Assembly: GCA_965226495.1 (NCBI GenBank)
Contig: OZ245365.1
Coordinates: forward strand, 3,200,001 to 3,264,000
From: Candidatus Marinacidobacterales bacterium
Lineage (GTDB): Bacteria > Acidobacteriota > Vicinamibacteria > Marinacidobacterales > DATDRI01
Direction of reading: 5' to 3'
DNA length: 64,000 nucleotides
A model generated the notes under the pieces. It had not been told where the DNA came from. It made no database searches and saw nothing but the letters and a program-made list of their open reading frames with translations. This document shows positions 50,979 through 60,599 of the stretch, piece by piece. The first letter of the stretch is position 1. Every line of letters begins with the position of its first letter. Position numbers and translations under genes: made by a program.

Positions 50979-53636
50979 ATGCAATTGAAGCACGGTCACA
51001 AGCTCGGAAGCTTCGAGATCATCCGGCTCTTAGGTAAGGGCGGGATGGGAGAGGTCTACGAGGCAAGGGACGTACGCCTTGATCGAGCTGTGGCGATCAA
51101 GGTCTTGCCTGCGGAGCTCTCCGGCGACGCGGAGCGACGCGATCGCTTCAAGCGCGAAGCCAAAGCCGTCGCCAGCTTGAACCATTCTCATATCTGCACG
51201 CTTCACGACGTCGGCGACCATGACGGTATCCACTTCCTGGTCATGGAGCTCATCGAAGGCGAGACGCTCGCCGAGCGGCTCGAAAGAGGCGCTCTTCCGC
51301 TCGACCAGGCGCTTCGCTCCGCGACGGAGATGGCCGACGCCCTCGACAAGGCCCACCGCAAGGGGATCGTTCATCGAGACCTGAAACCGGGAAACGTCAT
51401 GCTCACCAAGGCGGGCGTGAAGTTACTCGACTTCGGCTTGGCCAAGCTGACGCAGTCGGGGGCCGAGGGTCACTCGCCTCTTTCCGAGCTCCCAACGCAG
51501 CAGAAGGCGCTGACTGCCGACGGTGCCATCATAGGCACCTTCCAGTACATGGCACCGGAGCAACTAGAGGGAAAGGAAGTCGACACACGGACTGATGTGT
51601 TCGCGTTCGGTGTCACCCTTTACGAGATGCTGGCCGGTAAGCGTCCGTTCGAGGGAAAGAGTGCTGCGAGTCTCATCGCCGCCATCATCGAGCGGGAGCC
51701 GCGCCCTCTAAAAGAGATTGACGACGCGACACCGGCAGCACTGTCGCAATTGATCGAAGGATGTTTGGCAAAAGACCCCGAGGATCGCTGGCAAAGCATG
51801 GCGGATGTGACACGCCAGCTTCGATGGATCGAAACCGGGCCCGACATCGACGCCACCTCGAAGCAGACCCAGAAAATGAGCGTCCTGCCATACGCCCTGC
51901 TCACGGGGGCAGCGGTCATCGTGGCGGCTCTCGCCGGGCTTTGGATCGGCCGGTCCGACGAGGTACCCAGATCGCCGAGTCGGTTCGTCATCCCCTTTCC
52001 CGCTGGGGACGAACCTTCGACTGCAGAGCGGTCGATCGCACTTTCCCCCGACGGCACACTCCTCGTCTACGCGGCTATCCGGGACGGAATGTCCCGCCTC
52101 TTCGTGCGCCCCCTGGATCGCCTCGACGCCACACCGATTCCCGGCACCGAGGGCGCTCGGGGTCCTTTCTTTTCTCCCGACGGGAAGTGGGTGGCTTTCT
52201 TTACTGGCAATCAGCTCAAGAAGGTCAATCTCGAGGGCGGGCCACCCATCGCCATCGCTGACGCGATCCTCTCCCAAGGGGGCGGCGGCATTTGGAGTCC
52301 TCTCGGAGAGATTCTGTTCTCTACTGGGATAGGCTCGGGTTTGCTTCGGGTCTCCGAGACTGGCGGAGTCGCCGAAGTCCTGACGACTCCGGAAAAGGAT
52401 GAAGGGAAGCACGACAATCCTCACATTCTCCCTGACAATCAACACGTTCTCTTCACGGTCGGGGTTGGCGGTGAATCCATGCGCGTCGCGCTTCTGTCAT
52501 TAGAGACCCAAGAATGGAAGGCTCTCGATCTCGGTAATGTTCCTCATGCCACCTTTGCACCTTCCGGACACCTCGTCTTTGCCCGTCCGGGTGGCCTGTA
52601 CGCGGCACCCTTCGATGTGGAGAAGCGCGCGCTAACTGGGCCTCCGGTCCCGGTCCTCCAAAACGTTGCAATAGATTTCGGTTCAGGAAGCGCCCACTAT
52701 TCGATTTCGAAGAACGGGACGCTGGCCTTCGTACCCTCGCGCGCTGAGAATCGTTTGGTGTGGGTCAATCGTCGGGGAGACTCAAGACCGCTCCTCGAAG
52801 AACCGCGCATGTATCTTACACCCCGTCTTTCCCCTGATGGACGCCGTCTGGCGGTGGTCGTGCGTGACGTCAGCAGCGGCCGCCGCGACATCTGGGTGAA
52901 GGATTTGACCCGAGACACGTTCACACGGTTGACCCAGCCCAACCTGGAGTTTGCTCATGAGCCAGCCTGGTCGCCCGACGGTACGCAGATCGCGTTTGCG
53001 GGTCGTAAGCTAGGCTCAGACCTCAACCGGAACGTCTTCGTTGCCTTTGTAGACGGTACGGGAGAACCTCGGCGACTCACGGCAAACGCCGTGACAACGG
53101 TTCCGACATCCTGGTCGCGCGATGGCAATCTGATTTTTTTCCAGCAACAGTCCGACGTTGGAGTTCTTCGAGTCGACGAGCCGGAGTCAGAAAAGATGTT
53201 GCTCGACAGCCCTCCCAACGAAATAGAAGCGACCCTTTCTCCAAACGGCCGGTGGCTCGCGTACACGTCGAACGAAAGTGGAAGATATGAAGTCTACGTA
53301 ACGGACTTCCCTGCGCTCGACCAGCGCTGGCAGATATCGGTGAACGGAGGCAAAGAAGCTCTGTGGGCGGCCAACGGTCGCGAGCTCTTCTACCGCAGTG
53401 GGGACCGGATGATGGTTGTCCAGATCACCTCCGGCAGTGGCTTCACCCCCTCGAAGCCAGCGATTCTCTTCGAGGGCCCCTACGCGGTCGATCCCGTAGG
53501 CCAGGACGCAGTCAACTACGATGTCACCGCGGATGGCCAGGAGTTTGTTATGGTCGAAGAGGACCGCCTCGCGCCCGGCGTGGTTGTCGTACTGAACTGG
53601 ACCGAAGAGCTCAAGCGCCTCGTCCCTATTGAGTGA
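50979..53636 (+). CDS. Ser/Thr kinase with TolB-like (PD40) beta-propeller
   Basis: LGKGGMGEVY, HRDLKPGN, DFG, GTFQYMAPEQ; SPDG repeats; paralog of 29045-31711. Confidence 0.93.
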   Translation: MQLKHGHKLGSFEIIRLLGKGGMGEVYEARDVRLDRAVAIKVLPAELSGDAERRDRFKREAKAVASLNHSHICTLHDVGDHDGIHFLVMELIEGETLAERLERGALPLDQALRSATEMADALDKAHRKGIVHRDLKPGNVMLTKAGVKLLDFGLAKLTQSGAEGHSPLSELPTQQKALTADGAIIGTFQYMAPEQLEGKEVDTRTDVFAFGVTLYEMLAGKRPFEGKSAASLIAAIIEREPRPLKEIDDATPAALSQLIEGCLAKDPEDRWQSMADVTRQLRWIETGPDIDATSKQTQKMSVLPYALLTGAAVIVAALAGLWIGRSDEVPRSPSRFVIPFPAGDEPSTAERSIALSPDGTLLVYAAIRDGMSRLFVRPLDRLDATPIPGTEGARGPFFSPDGKWVAFFTGNQLKKVNLEGGPPIAIADAILSQGGGGIWSPLGEILFSTGIGSGLLRVSETGGVAEVLTTPEKDEGKHDNPHILPDNQHVLFTVGVGGESMRVALLSLETQEWKALDLGNVPHATFAPSGHLVFARPGGLYAAPFDVEKRALTGPPVPVLQNVAIDFGSGSAHYSISKNGTLAFVPSRAENRLVWVNRRGDSRPLLEEPRMYLTPRLSPDGRRLAVVVRDVSSGRRDIWVKDLTRDTFTRLTQPNLEFAHEPAWSPDGTQIAFAGRKLGSDLNRNVFVAFVDGTGEPRRLTANAVTTVPTSWSRDGNLIFFQQQSDVGVLRVDEPESEKMLLDSPPNEIEATLSPNGRWLAYTSNESGRYEVYVTDFPALDQRWQISVNGGKEALWAANGRELFYRSGDRMMVVQITSGSGFTPSKPAILFEGPYAVDPVGQDAVNYDVTADGQEFVMVEEDRLAPGVVVVLNWTEELKRLVPIE

Positions 53637-53808
53637 TCCGGATCACACTTCCTGAAAATTCGATTTTCTTCCATAATAGATTATGTTAGGTTCACTGTAC
53701 GCTGTGACGGGAGTCGAAGACTCCGAGTGCGCCGTTCGCAGCTCCTACGAAGAACTGGTCTACCCCAGACGCGCCGCACTCGTGGTCGGACCGAAGCCCT
53801 TTTAAGTC

Positions 53809-54408
53809 ATGAGAACTCTTCTCGACGTAATCCAGGAGTGGGCCGCACTCAACGACGCCAAGACGATCGCAGGCGGCACGTTGCCCCCGCCGGGTGAGAA
53901 ACGCTGGGAAGAGCTGAGGTCGTTTTATGAATTTGTCATGGCGCAAGAAGGGCTTTGCGAAAAGCCAGCGAGTCGTTTCTCTGCCGACGACATCCGCAGC
54001 ACTGTGACGACGCGGGATCGCCTTCGTGTGAACACCGACATGGAAATCGTGGTCATCGAGAACGGGACCGTCGAGCGCGCCCAAGTAGGCAACCTGAGCT
54101 GCGGAGGTGTGCTTCTTCTATGCGACACACCCTTCGATAAAGGTAAGGGAGTGACCGTCCAACTCGCCAGCGTCACGCGGGGCGCGGGAGTTCTGCCCGC
54201 CGAGAGTGAGATTGTGTGGCTCGTCGATCAAGGGGGTTCCGAACTGACCTTCCGCTACAAGATGGGGGCCCGTTTCCTCGATCTGGGACACACCGAGCGC
54301 AACAGCCTGGACTACTTCGTGGTGGACAGCCTCGAGAACAAGCTGCTCTCGCTACGCCGTGACGCCTTGGACCCGGAGTTCCTTCTCCGAGAACAAATCG
54401 TACTGTAG
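53809..54408 (+). CDS. PilZ-domain protein
   Basis: RxxxR-like 'TRDRLRV' followed by NLSCGG; 'MGARF'. Confidence 0.7.
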   Translation: MRTLLDVIQEWAALNDAKTIAGGTLPPPGEKRWEELRSFYEFVMAQEGLCEKPASRFSADDIRSTVTTRDRLRVNTDMEIVVIENGTVERAQVGNLSCGGVLLLCDTPFDKGKGVTVQLASVTRGAGVLPAESEIVWLVDQGGSELTFRYKMGARFLDLGHTERNSLDYFVVDSLENKLLSLRRDALDPEFLLREQIVL

Positions 54409-54453
54409 AACTTCCCGCTGGACGTCGAGTCCTTACCTGCTACACTCCTCGCG

Positions 54454-54921
54454 ATGTCGCCTTTCTTGGGAGGAAAAGGGCTCGCCTGGGCAAAACAGAA
54501 CCTGCCACGGATACCGCTTCTGGTAAACCTCGCTTGGGGTCTCTTCCGGGATCCGAGGGTCCCGGTTTCCCTCAAGGCAGTCTTATTGGGCGTGCTCGCC
54601 TATGTGGCAAGCCCTCTGGACCTCATCCCGGACTTCATCCCAGTCCTCGGGCGGGTCGACGATCTCCTGGTCCTGCTCGCGGCCATGGAAATGTTCACCC
54701 GATTGGCTCCACCCGAAGTCGTGGCGGAGATCGAAGAGAAGTACCGGGAAGGTCATGGCCCCCTCCGCACGGACCTGGAAGCTGCCGAAAAACACCTGGG
54801 GCGGCTATGGACATGGGCGGTCCCGAAGGTCGAGCACCTAGCCCAGAAATACAAGAAGCGCGTGGACAACGAGGCATTCGTCCAAGACATCAAGGAAAAG
54901 ACCCCTCCCACACCCGCCTAA
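54454..54921 (+). CDS. DUF1232 (YkvA) family protein
   Basis: DPRVP...AYVASPLDLIPDFIPVLGRVDD. Confidence 0.92.
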   Translation: MSPFLGGKGLAWAKQNLPRIPLLVNLAWGLFRDPRVPVSLKAVLLGVLAYVASPLDLIPDFIPVLGRVDDLLVLLAAMEMFTRLAPPEVVAEIEEKYREGHGPLRTDLEAAEKHLGRLWTWAVPKVEHLAQKYKKRVDNEAFVQDIKEKTPPTPA

Positions 54922-54988
54922 TCCCTTGCCTCGCCTCCGGGGCCGCGTTACAATCCTCGCCGATTTGTCCCCTTCGAGAATGTTCAGA

Positions 54989-56353
54989 ATGGCTAGCAAA
55001 GAGCCGGGAAGCGCGAGCCTTCGCTTCTGTTACGCGTCCATCTTTTGGCTGATTGTGCCCGGCGTTTTCGGCTTGATCCTAGCCACTTTCTTGTATGCCC
55101 CGGCACTGGCCGATCACCTCCCGCTTTCCATCAAACCGTATTTGAGCTTCGGTCGCCTGAGACCGGCTCACGTGAACCTCGCGATCTTCGGTTGGCTCTC
55201 GCAGGCCTATTACGCCGGCATTCTCTTCATTCTCCCTCGCCTCCTTCGCACCGAGCTTTACAGCGAGCGCCTCGCCCACGTGAACTGGTGGCTTTGGAAT
55301 CTCATGGTCGTCGCCACCCTCATCACTCTTCCTATGGGACACACGCAAGGCCGCGAGTACGCGGAGATGATATGGCCGCTCGATCTGCTGTTCATTCTCA
55401 ACATCGTGCTGTTGGCGATCAACATCTGGGGAACCGTTGCACGTCGTCGCGAGCCCAAGATCTACGTGAGCGTCTGGAACTTCATGGCGGCAACGATGGT
55501 AATGGTCCCAATCTACGCGGTCGGCAACAAGATTTGGGATCCCTCCGGTGCGTACTACGGCATGAACGACAACATCGTGAACTACTTCTATGTTCACAAT
55601 CTCTTCAACGCCTGGTTCACGACCGCCGGTATCGGGCTGGCCTTGTACCTTCTACCGAAGCTCACGGGCAAGCCGCTCTACAGCCACCGGCTCGGCCTCT
55701 GGGGACTCTGGAGCGTCTGGACCGGACAACATCACCAACTCTACAGCCCGGCACCGGATTGGCTGGAGTACCTCACGATCGTCTTCAGCATCCTGGCAGC
55801 CGTGCCGACGACGGCGTTCATGGTCAACTTCTTCATGACCATGCGCACCCGCTGGCACGTCGCCGCTCAAGACGTCGCGCTCCGTTTCTTTGCAACCGGA
55901 GCGATCTTCTGGGGACTCACCTGCGTGCAAGGCATCTCCCACTCGTTCCGAACCTTTTCGATGGTCGTGCATTTTACAAACTGGGTCGTGGGACACTCGC
56001 ACCTCGCCTTTGTGGCGTCCTACAGTTTTTGGGCCTTCGCACTCATCTACCTGATCGTGCCAACGCTCACCGGCCGCAACATCTATAGCAAGAAACTGAT
56101 GGAGTGGCACTATTGGCTGACCACGCTAGGCATGTTGATCTTCATGATCTCGATGTGGGTGGCGGGGCTCATCCAAGGACAAAACTGGTCGTCCTATATG
56201 ATCCCGTTTCTGCAAACCGTGATATCGATGAAGCCTTATTTCGGGGCCCGCCTGATTGGGGGCGCGATCGCCGGCATCGGGATCGCTTGCTTCGCATGGA
56301 ATATCTGGCGAACGGCGCACAGCGACACCGCCGTCACAGAGGGTAGACAATGA
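54989..56353 (+). CDS. ccoN: Divergent cbb3-type (C-family-like) heme-copper oxidoreductase subunit I
   Basis: FGRLRPAH, REYAE, YVHN, WTGQHH and NWVVGHSH; about 12 TMs; active-site substitutions noted in findings. Confidence 0.85.
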   Translation: MASKEPGSASLRFCYASIFWLIVPGVFGLILATFLYAPALADHLPLSIKPYLSFGRLRPAHVNLAIFGWLSQAYYAGILFILPRLLRTELYSERLAHVNWWLWNLMVVATLITLPMGHTQGREYAEMIWPLDLLFILNIVLLAINIWGTVARRREPKIYVSVWNFMAATMVMVPIYAVGNKIWDPSGAYYGMNDNIVNYFYVHNLFNAWFTTAGIGLALYLLPKLTGKPLYSHRLGLWGLWSVWTGQHHQLYSPAPDWLEYLTIVFSILAAVPTTAFMVNFFMTMRTRWHVAAQDVALRFFATGAIFWGLTCVQGISHSFRTFSMVVHFTNWVVGHSHLAFVASYSFWAFALIYLIVPTLTGRNIYSKKLMEWHYWLTTLGMLIFMISMWVAGLIQGQNWSSYMIPFLQTVISMKPYFGARLIGGAIAGIGIACFAWNIWRTAHSDTAVTEGRQ

Positions 56354-56835
56354 GACCTAACCTGGTCTACCTTGTCGGCGGCTCCCTGGTCAGCTTGTTG
56401 CTCGGGATTATCGTCACCATTATTATCCCTGCGCAGGAACCGATCGGGCCTTCGCAGCTGGCCAAGTCCTATTCCGAAAAGGAATTGAGGGGGCGTGATA
56501 TCTATTTACGTGAGGGGTGCCACTACTGCCATACCCAGCAGGTGCGCGAGCCCGAGTCGGATCGCGGGATGGTGCGCCAGCGCGGCGACATCGGGCCCGA
56601 ATCGGTGCCGGGAGACTTCTATTATCAGTCTCCGGTTTTCTGGGGCACTCTCCGCCAGGGCATGGACCTGGCCCATGTCGCCTCGCGGAAAGGGATCGGA
56701 GATAACGTGGGCTGGCACGAGCTTCACTTTAGAAACCCTCGAGCGGTGTCGCCGGGAACGGTCATGCCGTCCTACGACTATCTGTCCGCGGAAGAGATTC
56801 AGGCGCTCACCGCATATATGTTGACGCTGAGATAA
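56350..56835 (+). CDS. ccoO: cbb3 subunit II-like monoheme cytochrome c
   Basis: GRDIYLREGCHYCHTQQVR, WGTLRQGMDL, PGTVMPSY; ATGA overlap with subunit I. Confidence 0.9.
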   Translation: MRPNLVYLVGGSLVSLLLGIIVTIIIPAQEPIGPSQLAKSYSEKELRGRDIYLREGCHYCHTQQVREPESDRGMVRQRGDIGPESVPGDFYYQSPVFWGTLRQGMDLAHVASRKGIGDNVGWHELHFRNPRAVSPGTVMPSYDYLSAEEIQALTAYMLTLR

Positions 56836-56839
56836 GTCT

Positions 56840-56992
56840 ATGGTCTTCCCCGCAACCTGGCTGGTGCTAGCGACAGTGGCTATCATCTTGGTGCTCTTCG
56901 GCCTCGGCTACTACTGGGCGCGCAGTAACGGGCAGTTGGACGACATCGAGGCGGCGAAGTACACCATGCTCGAAGACGACGAGTCTGAATGA
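56840..56992 (+). CDS. ccoS: CcoS-like maturation protein (50 aa, absent from the ORF track)
   Basis: My translation: MVFPATWLVLATVAIILVLFGLGYYWARSNGQLDDIEAAKYTMLEDDESE, with the CcoS signature WAxxxGQxDD. Confidence 0.85.
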   Translation: MVFPATWLVLATVAIILVLFGLGYYWARSNGQLDDIEAAKYTMLEDDESE

Positions 56993-57243
56993 TGAGCTCT
57001 GAAGGAGCACGGGAAGTGCCGCCGGGTCACGACGATTTCGGGGGTGAGATCCTGGTGGCCAACGGCAAACCGCCCCGCTGGGTCACGAAACTACCTTATG
57101 TCGCGATGGTCTGCGCACTCGGGTATTACGCGATGGTCGGGGCCGCCGACCCGGTCAACCTAGCGTTCGCGTCACTGTTCGTAATTTGGTTTATCTACAC
57201 TCCGATCGCCCAGAAGAAGGGCTGGTTCTTTATTCCGATGTGA
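56989..57243 (+). CDS. Small membrane protein of the oxidase operon
   Basis: ATGA overlap with ccoS; two hydrophobic segments; 'HDDFGGEILVANGKPPRW' resembles the N-terminal motif of CcoP, without a heme domain. Confidence 0.65.
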   Translation: MMSSEGAREVPPGHDDFGGEILVANGKPPRWVTKLPYVAMVCALGYYAMVGAADPVNLAFASLFVIWFIYTPIAQKKGWFFIPM

Positions 57244-57348
57244 CATGCCGAGGGGAGGTGTCATCGATCGACTAAGTTGAGCGACGTTCCTTAGTTTGAC
57301 CCATCACTTTTCACTTTCACATACCTATTGAAACTGGAGGGCAACAAA

Positions 57349-57783
57349 ATGGCGGACAGAGCCGAACAAGCAAACAAGTACATGGAAGATAAGATGTTTT
57401 TCACCCCCCGCATGTTCAAAGTAACCAACACGCTGGCGCCGGAAGTCGGGGAGCGTTTCGCCGATTTCTACGAGTCGGTGTGGGCCGACGGCAACCTGTC
57501 CCGCAAGATCAAAGAGCTGATGTTCGTCTCCATTGGCGTGGCCTATATGTCGCCGCGGTGCATCATCCACGTTCAGCCCGCCATCAAGGCCGGTGCGACG
57601 GACGGCGAGATCTTCGAGGCGGTGTCAGTCGGTATGCTGGCAGCCGGGTTCGTGCCTGGTGGACCAGGCATTCCCTACGCCTTCGAGTATGCCGCCAAGA
57701 CGTTGGACATTGCAGCCAAGATCCGCAAGGGCGAAGACTTCGAGTATCTCCCTGGCCCCAAGTTCGACAAGGGCGTCTACTAA
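57349..57783 (+). CDS. Carboxymuconolactone decarboxylase/AhpD-like protein (single Cys)
   Basis: DGNLSRKIKELM...SPRCIIH...AIKAGATDGEIFEA; GGAGG RBS before ATG 57349. Confidence 0.88.
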   Translation: MADRAEQANKYMEDKMFFTPRMFKVTNTLAPEVGERFADFYESVWADGNLSRKIKELMFVSIGVAYMSPRCIIHVQPAIKAGATDGEIFEAVSVGMLAAGFVPGGPGIPYAFEYAAKTLDIAAKIRKGEDFEYLPGPKFDKGVY

Positions 57784-57799
57784 GAACAACCGTCTCTGC

Positions 57800-57845
57800 G
57801 CAGACGGGGGTCGACAAACCTAGGGCTCCCGTCTGCCTTCTCTTC
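57800..57845 (+). terminator. Stem-loop with pyrimidine tail after the CMD gene
   Basis: GCAGACGGG...CCCGTCTGC followed by cttctcttct. Confidence 0.45.
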
Positions 57846-57861
57846 TAGGACAGAACAACAC

Positions 57862-58680
57862 ATGAGTGTGCAGGGGTTCCCGAATGACCGTCTGCTAGTG
57901 GGCACGGCATGGCTGGCCGACCAATTGAACGATGCCGATTTGCGCTTGGTGGAAGTGACTGCGCCCGGCGCCGGATACAAGTTCGGGCATGTCGCAGGCG
58001 CCGTCTATCTGAATGTCGACGATCTGTTGACGGGAAAAGCCACCGGAGTCGAGCGAACGGTGGGCCCCATCGAAGAAGTGGCCGTCGTCCTCGGCGGACT
58101 GGGCCTTTCCCGAGACAAGAAAATCGTCGTTTACGACGAGTGCGACGAACGCATCGGGGGAACCCGAGCCTCACAACTTTTTTGGCTCTTGGAGTACTTG
58201 GGCTGTGAGCAGGTGCACTTGCTGGAAGGCGGCATCGAACGTTGGCTCGCCGAAAACCGCCCCACGACGGGCGAGACGCCCGACGTTCAAAAGGCCACGT
58301 TTACTCCCGCGATTCGTGAAGAGCGTCTCGCGACCGCGGATTGGATCGTGGAGCACCTGGAGAATTCAGATGTATCGGTCATAGACGCGCGAGCACCCGA
58401 GGAATACGAGGACGGCCATATCCCAGGGGCCGCGAATCGGTCCTGGGACAAGACCTTAACGCGAAAAGCCTACCAAGCGTTTCGATCCGCCGAAGAGCTT
58501 AGAGGCGAGTTCGCCGAGTTGGGTGCAACCGAAGACAAAGAGGTTGTCGCCTACTGCATGACGGGCGCGCGCTCCTCTCACATCTACCTGACGCTACGTC
58601 TATTGGGTTACACTCGGGTCCGGAACTATGACGCGTCTTGGACGGAATGGGGGTCCAGACGGGACTTGCCCAAGGCCTGA
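57862..58680 (+). CDS. Tandem-domain rhodanese / sulfurtransferase
   Basis: GHVAGA, LEGGIERW, IDAR, GHIPGA, active site YCMTGARS, YDASWTEW. Confidence 0.93.
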   Translation: MSVQGFPNDRLLVGTAWLADQLNDADLRLVEVTAPGAGYKFGHVAGAVYLNVDDLLTGKATGVERTVGPIEEVAVVLGGLGLSRDKKIVVYDECDERIGGTRASQLFWLLEYLGCEQVHLLEGGIERWLAENRPTTGETPDVQKATFTPAIREERLATADWIVEHLENSDVSVIDARAPEEYEDGHIPGAANRSWDKTLTRKAYQAFRSAEELRGEFAELGATEDKEVVAYCMTGARSSHIYLTLRLLGYTRVRNYDASWTEWGSRRDLPKA

Positions 58681-58686
58681 AACAGC

Positions 58687-58713
58687 CCTGACAGGCCTGA
58701 CAGGCCTGACAGG
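58687..58713. repeat. 3 x 9-bp tandem repeat CCTGACAGG
   Basis: cctgacagg-cctgacagg-cctgacagg; each unit is a near-palindrome. Confidence 0.8.
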
Positions 58714-58769
58714 GTGGACGCGTAACCGCGTTCCGAGGCCGGTAATTTCATTTTAGGAGGATTAGGAAA

Positions 58770-59942
58770 ATGGCAACCAGTCAACTACCGCTGTTCCCAG
58801 TTACCGTCGTGGGCAGCTGGCCAAGACCTCAGTATCTCTTGGACGCGCTCAGGAAGCGCCAAAAGGGGCAGTTGAGCTTCGAAGAGTTTCAGAAAGTCGC
58901 CGACAAAGCGGTGTTGGAGCAGCTACGCTACCAAGACGAGGCGGGTGTCGACATCGTGAGCGATGGCGAGCAACGCCGAGACAATTTCTACTCGTTCGTC
59001 GTGGAGAAGTTGGATGGCGTAGAGTTGATGACCTTGGCGGATCTCATGGATCACGTCGAGGACAAGGCGGGATTCGACTCCATCCTCCGCAGCATGGACG
59101 CTCCGGCCTTCGGTATCAAGAATCCCACTGTGACCGGAAAGATAAAACCCAAGATGTCGCTGGCGGTCGACGAGTACGAGTTCTTGAAGCAGCACACCGA
59201 CAAGCCCATCAAGATCCCTCTACCCGGCCCTTACATTCTAATCCGATCCATGTGGGTCAAGGGCGTCTCTGACAAGTTCTATCCCACTCAGGAAGATCTG
59301 GCCGTGGATATCGTCAAGATTCTGCGCGACGAGCTCATCGCCCTTCGTGATGCGGGCGTCGACTTCGTGCAATTCGACGAGCCGGTCCTTACCGACGTCG
59401 CTTTCAACCCAGCGGTGAAGGAACGTACTTTCATGTGCGCCTCGATGGCGGCGTCCTCAGGCGATCCGACTAAAGAGCTCCTGCTTGCAACGCGCATGAT
59501 GAACAGTATCGTCGACGGCGTCGATGGAATCCGCACCGGTGTTCACGTGTGCCGTGGCAACTGGAGCCGCAAGGACGAGGTGTTGCTCAAGGGAAGCTAT
59601 GAGCCGCTCGTCCCGACCATGATGGGAATGCATCTCGATCAGCTCGTCCTCGAGTACGCGACACCGCGCGCCGGCGAGCTGGCGGCCTTCTCACATCATC
59701 CCAAGGAAAAAGAGATCGGTTTGGGCGTCGTAAATCCTCGGACTGATGAGATGGAATCGCCGGACTCGGTAGTCGAACGGGTGAACGAAGCGCTGCAGTA
59801 CTTCAAACCCGAACAAATCTACCTCAACCCCGATTGCGGTTTTGGAACTTTCGCCGAGCGGCCCATGAATCCTGCCGACATCGCGGGCAAGAAACTCGCC
59901 ATTATCGGTGAGGCCGCCAAGAAGCTTCGCGCGAATCATTAA
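58770..59942 (+). CDS. Cobalamin-independent methionine synthase II-like (single-barrel core) Zn enzyme
   Basis: VVGSWPRP, SDGEQRR, VQFDEP; Zn ligands HVC(RGN), LEY and PDCGF; lacks the N-terminal barrel of full MetE. Confidence 0.9.
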   Translation: MATSQLPLFPVTVVGSWPRPQYLLDALRKRQKGQLSFEEFQKVADKAVLEQLRYQDEAGVDIVSDGEQRRDNFYSFVVEKLDGVELMTLADLMDHVEDKAGFDSILRSMDAPAFGIKNPTVTGKIKPKMSLAVDEYEFLKQHTDKPIKIPLPGPYILIRSMWVKGVSDKFYPTQEDLAVDIVKILRDELIALRDAGVDFVQFDEPVLTDVAFNPAVKERTFMCASMAASSGDPTKELLLATRMMNSIVDGVDGIRTGVHVCRGNWSRKDEVLLKGSYEPLVPTMMGMHLDQLVLEYATPRAGELAAFSHHPKEKEIGLGVVNPRTDEMESPDSVVERVNEALQYFKPEQIYLNPDCGFGTFAERPMNPADIAGKKLAIIGEAAKKLRANH

Positions 59943-59960
59943 ACTCTTTCGAGAATAGTC

Positions 59961-60488
59961 ATGTCTGAATCGAGCAAGATCAACGGACTGGATATAGAGG
60001 AGACGCGGGAGGCCATCAAGACCGTAAGCGCCGCGCCGGGGGCGTCGAATGCCCCCAAGAAATCACGGTGCAAATGGCTCACCGGTCTCAAATTCAAGAC
60101 CTACGTGCGGAACCACGTCTTTCTCGTGGACGAGCCGGCGCACCTCGCGGGCGAGGATGAAAGCCCTAACTCCATGGAGTACGTTCTGGGCGCCTATGCC
60201 GCTTGCCTCGCCACGGGGTTTGTTCTCAATGCCAGCCAAAAAGCGATCGAGATCCACAACCTCGAAGTGGTCGTAGACTCGACCCAAAACAACGTGTTCA
60301 CGTTTTTGGGTTTGGGCGGGGAAGGGCACGCCGGGTTCGACACCATTAATGCCAAGCTCTTCGTTCAGGCCGACGCGGACGAGGCCACGCTCAAGGACGT
60401 TTGGACCCAGACGGTCGACACCTCCCCGGTGCACAACTCTCTGGCTAGGCCCGTGACCATCAAACCCGACATTGAGATCGTCCCGTAA
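59961..60488 (+). CDS. OsmC-like protein (single conserved Cys)
   Basis: DEPAHLAGEDESPNSMEYVLGAYAACL; second Cys position is Ser (TSPVHNSL). Confidence 0.88.
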   Translation: MSESSKINGLDIEETREAIKTVSAAPGASNAPKKSRCKWLTGLKFKTYVRNHVFLVDEPAHLAGEDESPNSMEYVLGAYAACLATGFVLNASQKAIEIHNLEVVVDSTQNNVFTFLGLGGEGHAGFDTINAKLFVQADADEATLKDVWTQTVDTSPVHNSLARPVTIKPDIEIVP

Positions 60489-60599
60489 GACCCAAGAAGA
60501 GCTAGGCGTCTTCTTCCTTCTTCGCGCTGGCCCGGAGCACTTTTGGCACCAAGTTGCCACCAGAGCAGAGCGGACGCTGTCCCTCTCGAGATCGCCGAT

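Noticed and set aside
58678-58725. Sec read-through of the rhodanese TGA
   Set aside because: The domain is already complete and read-through meets TAA after 14 repeat-derived codons.
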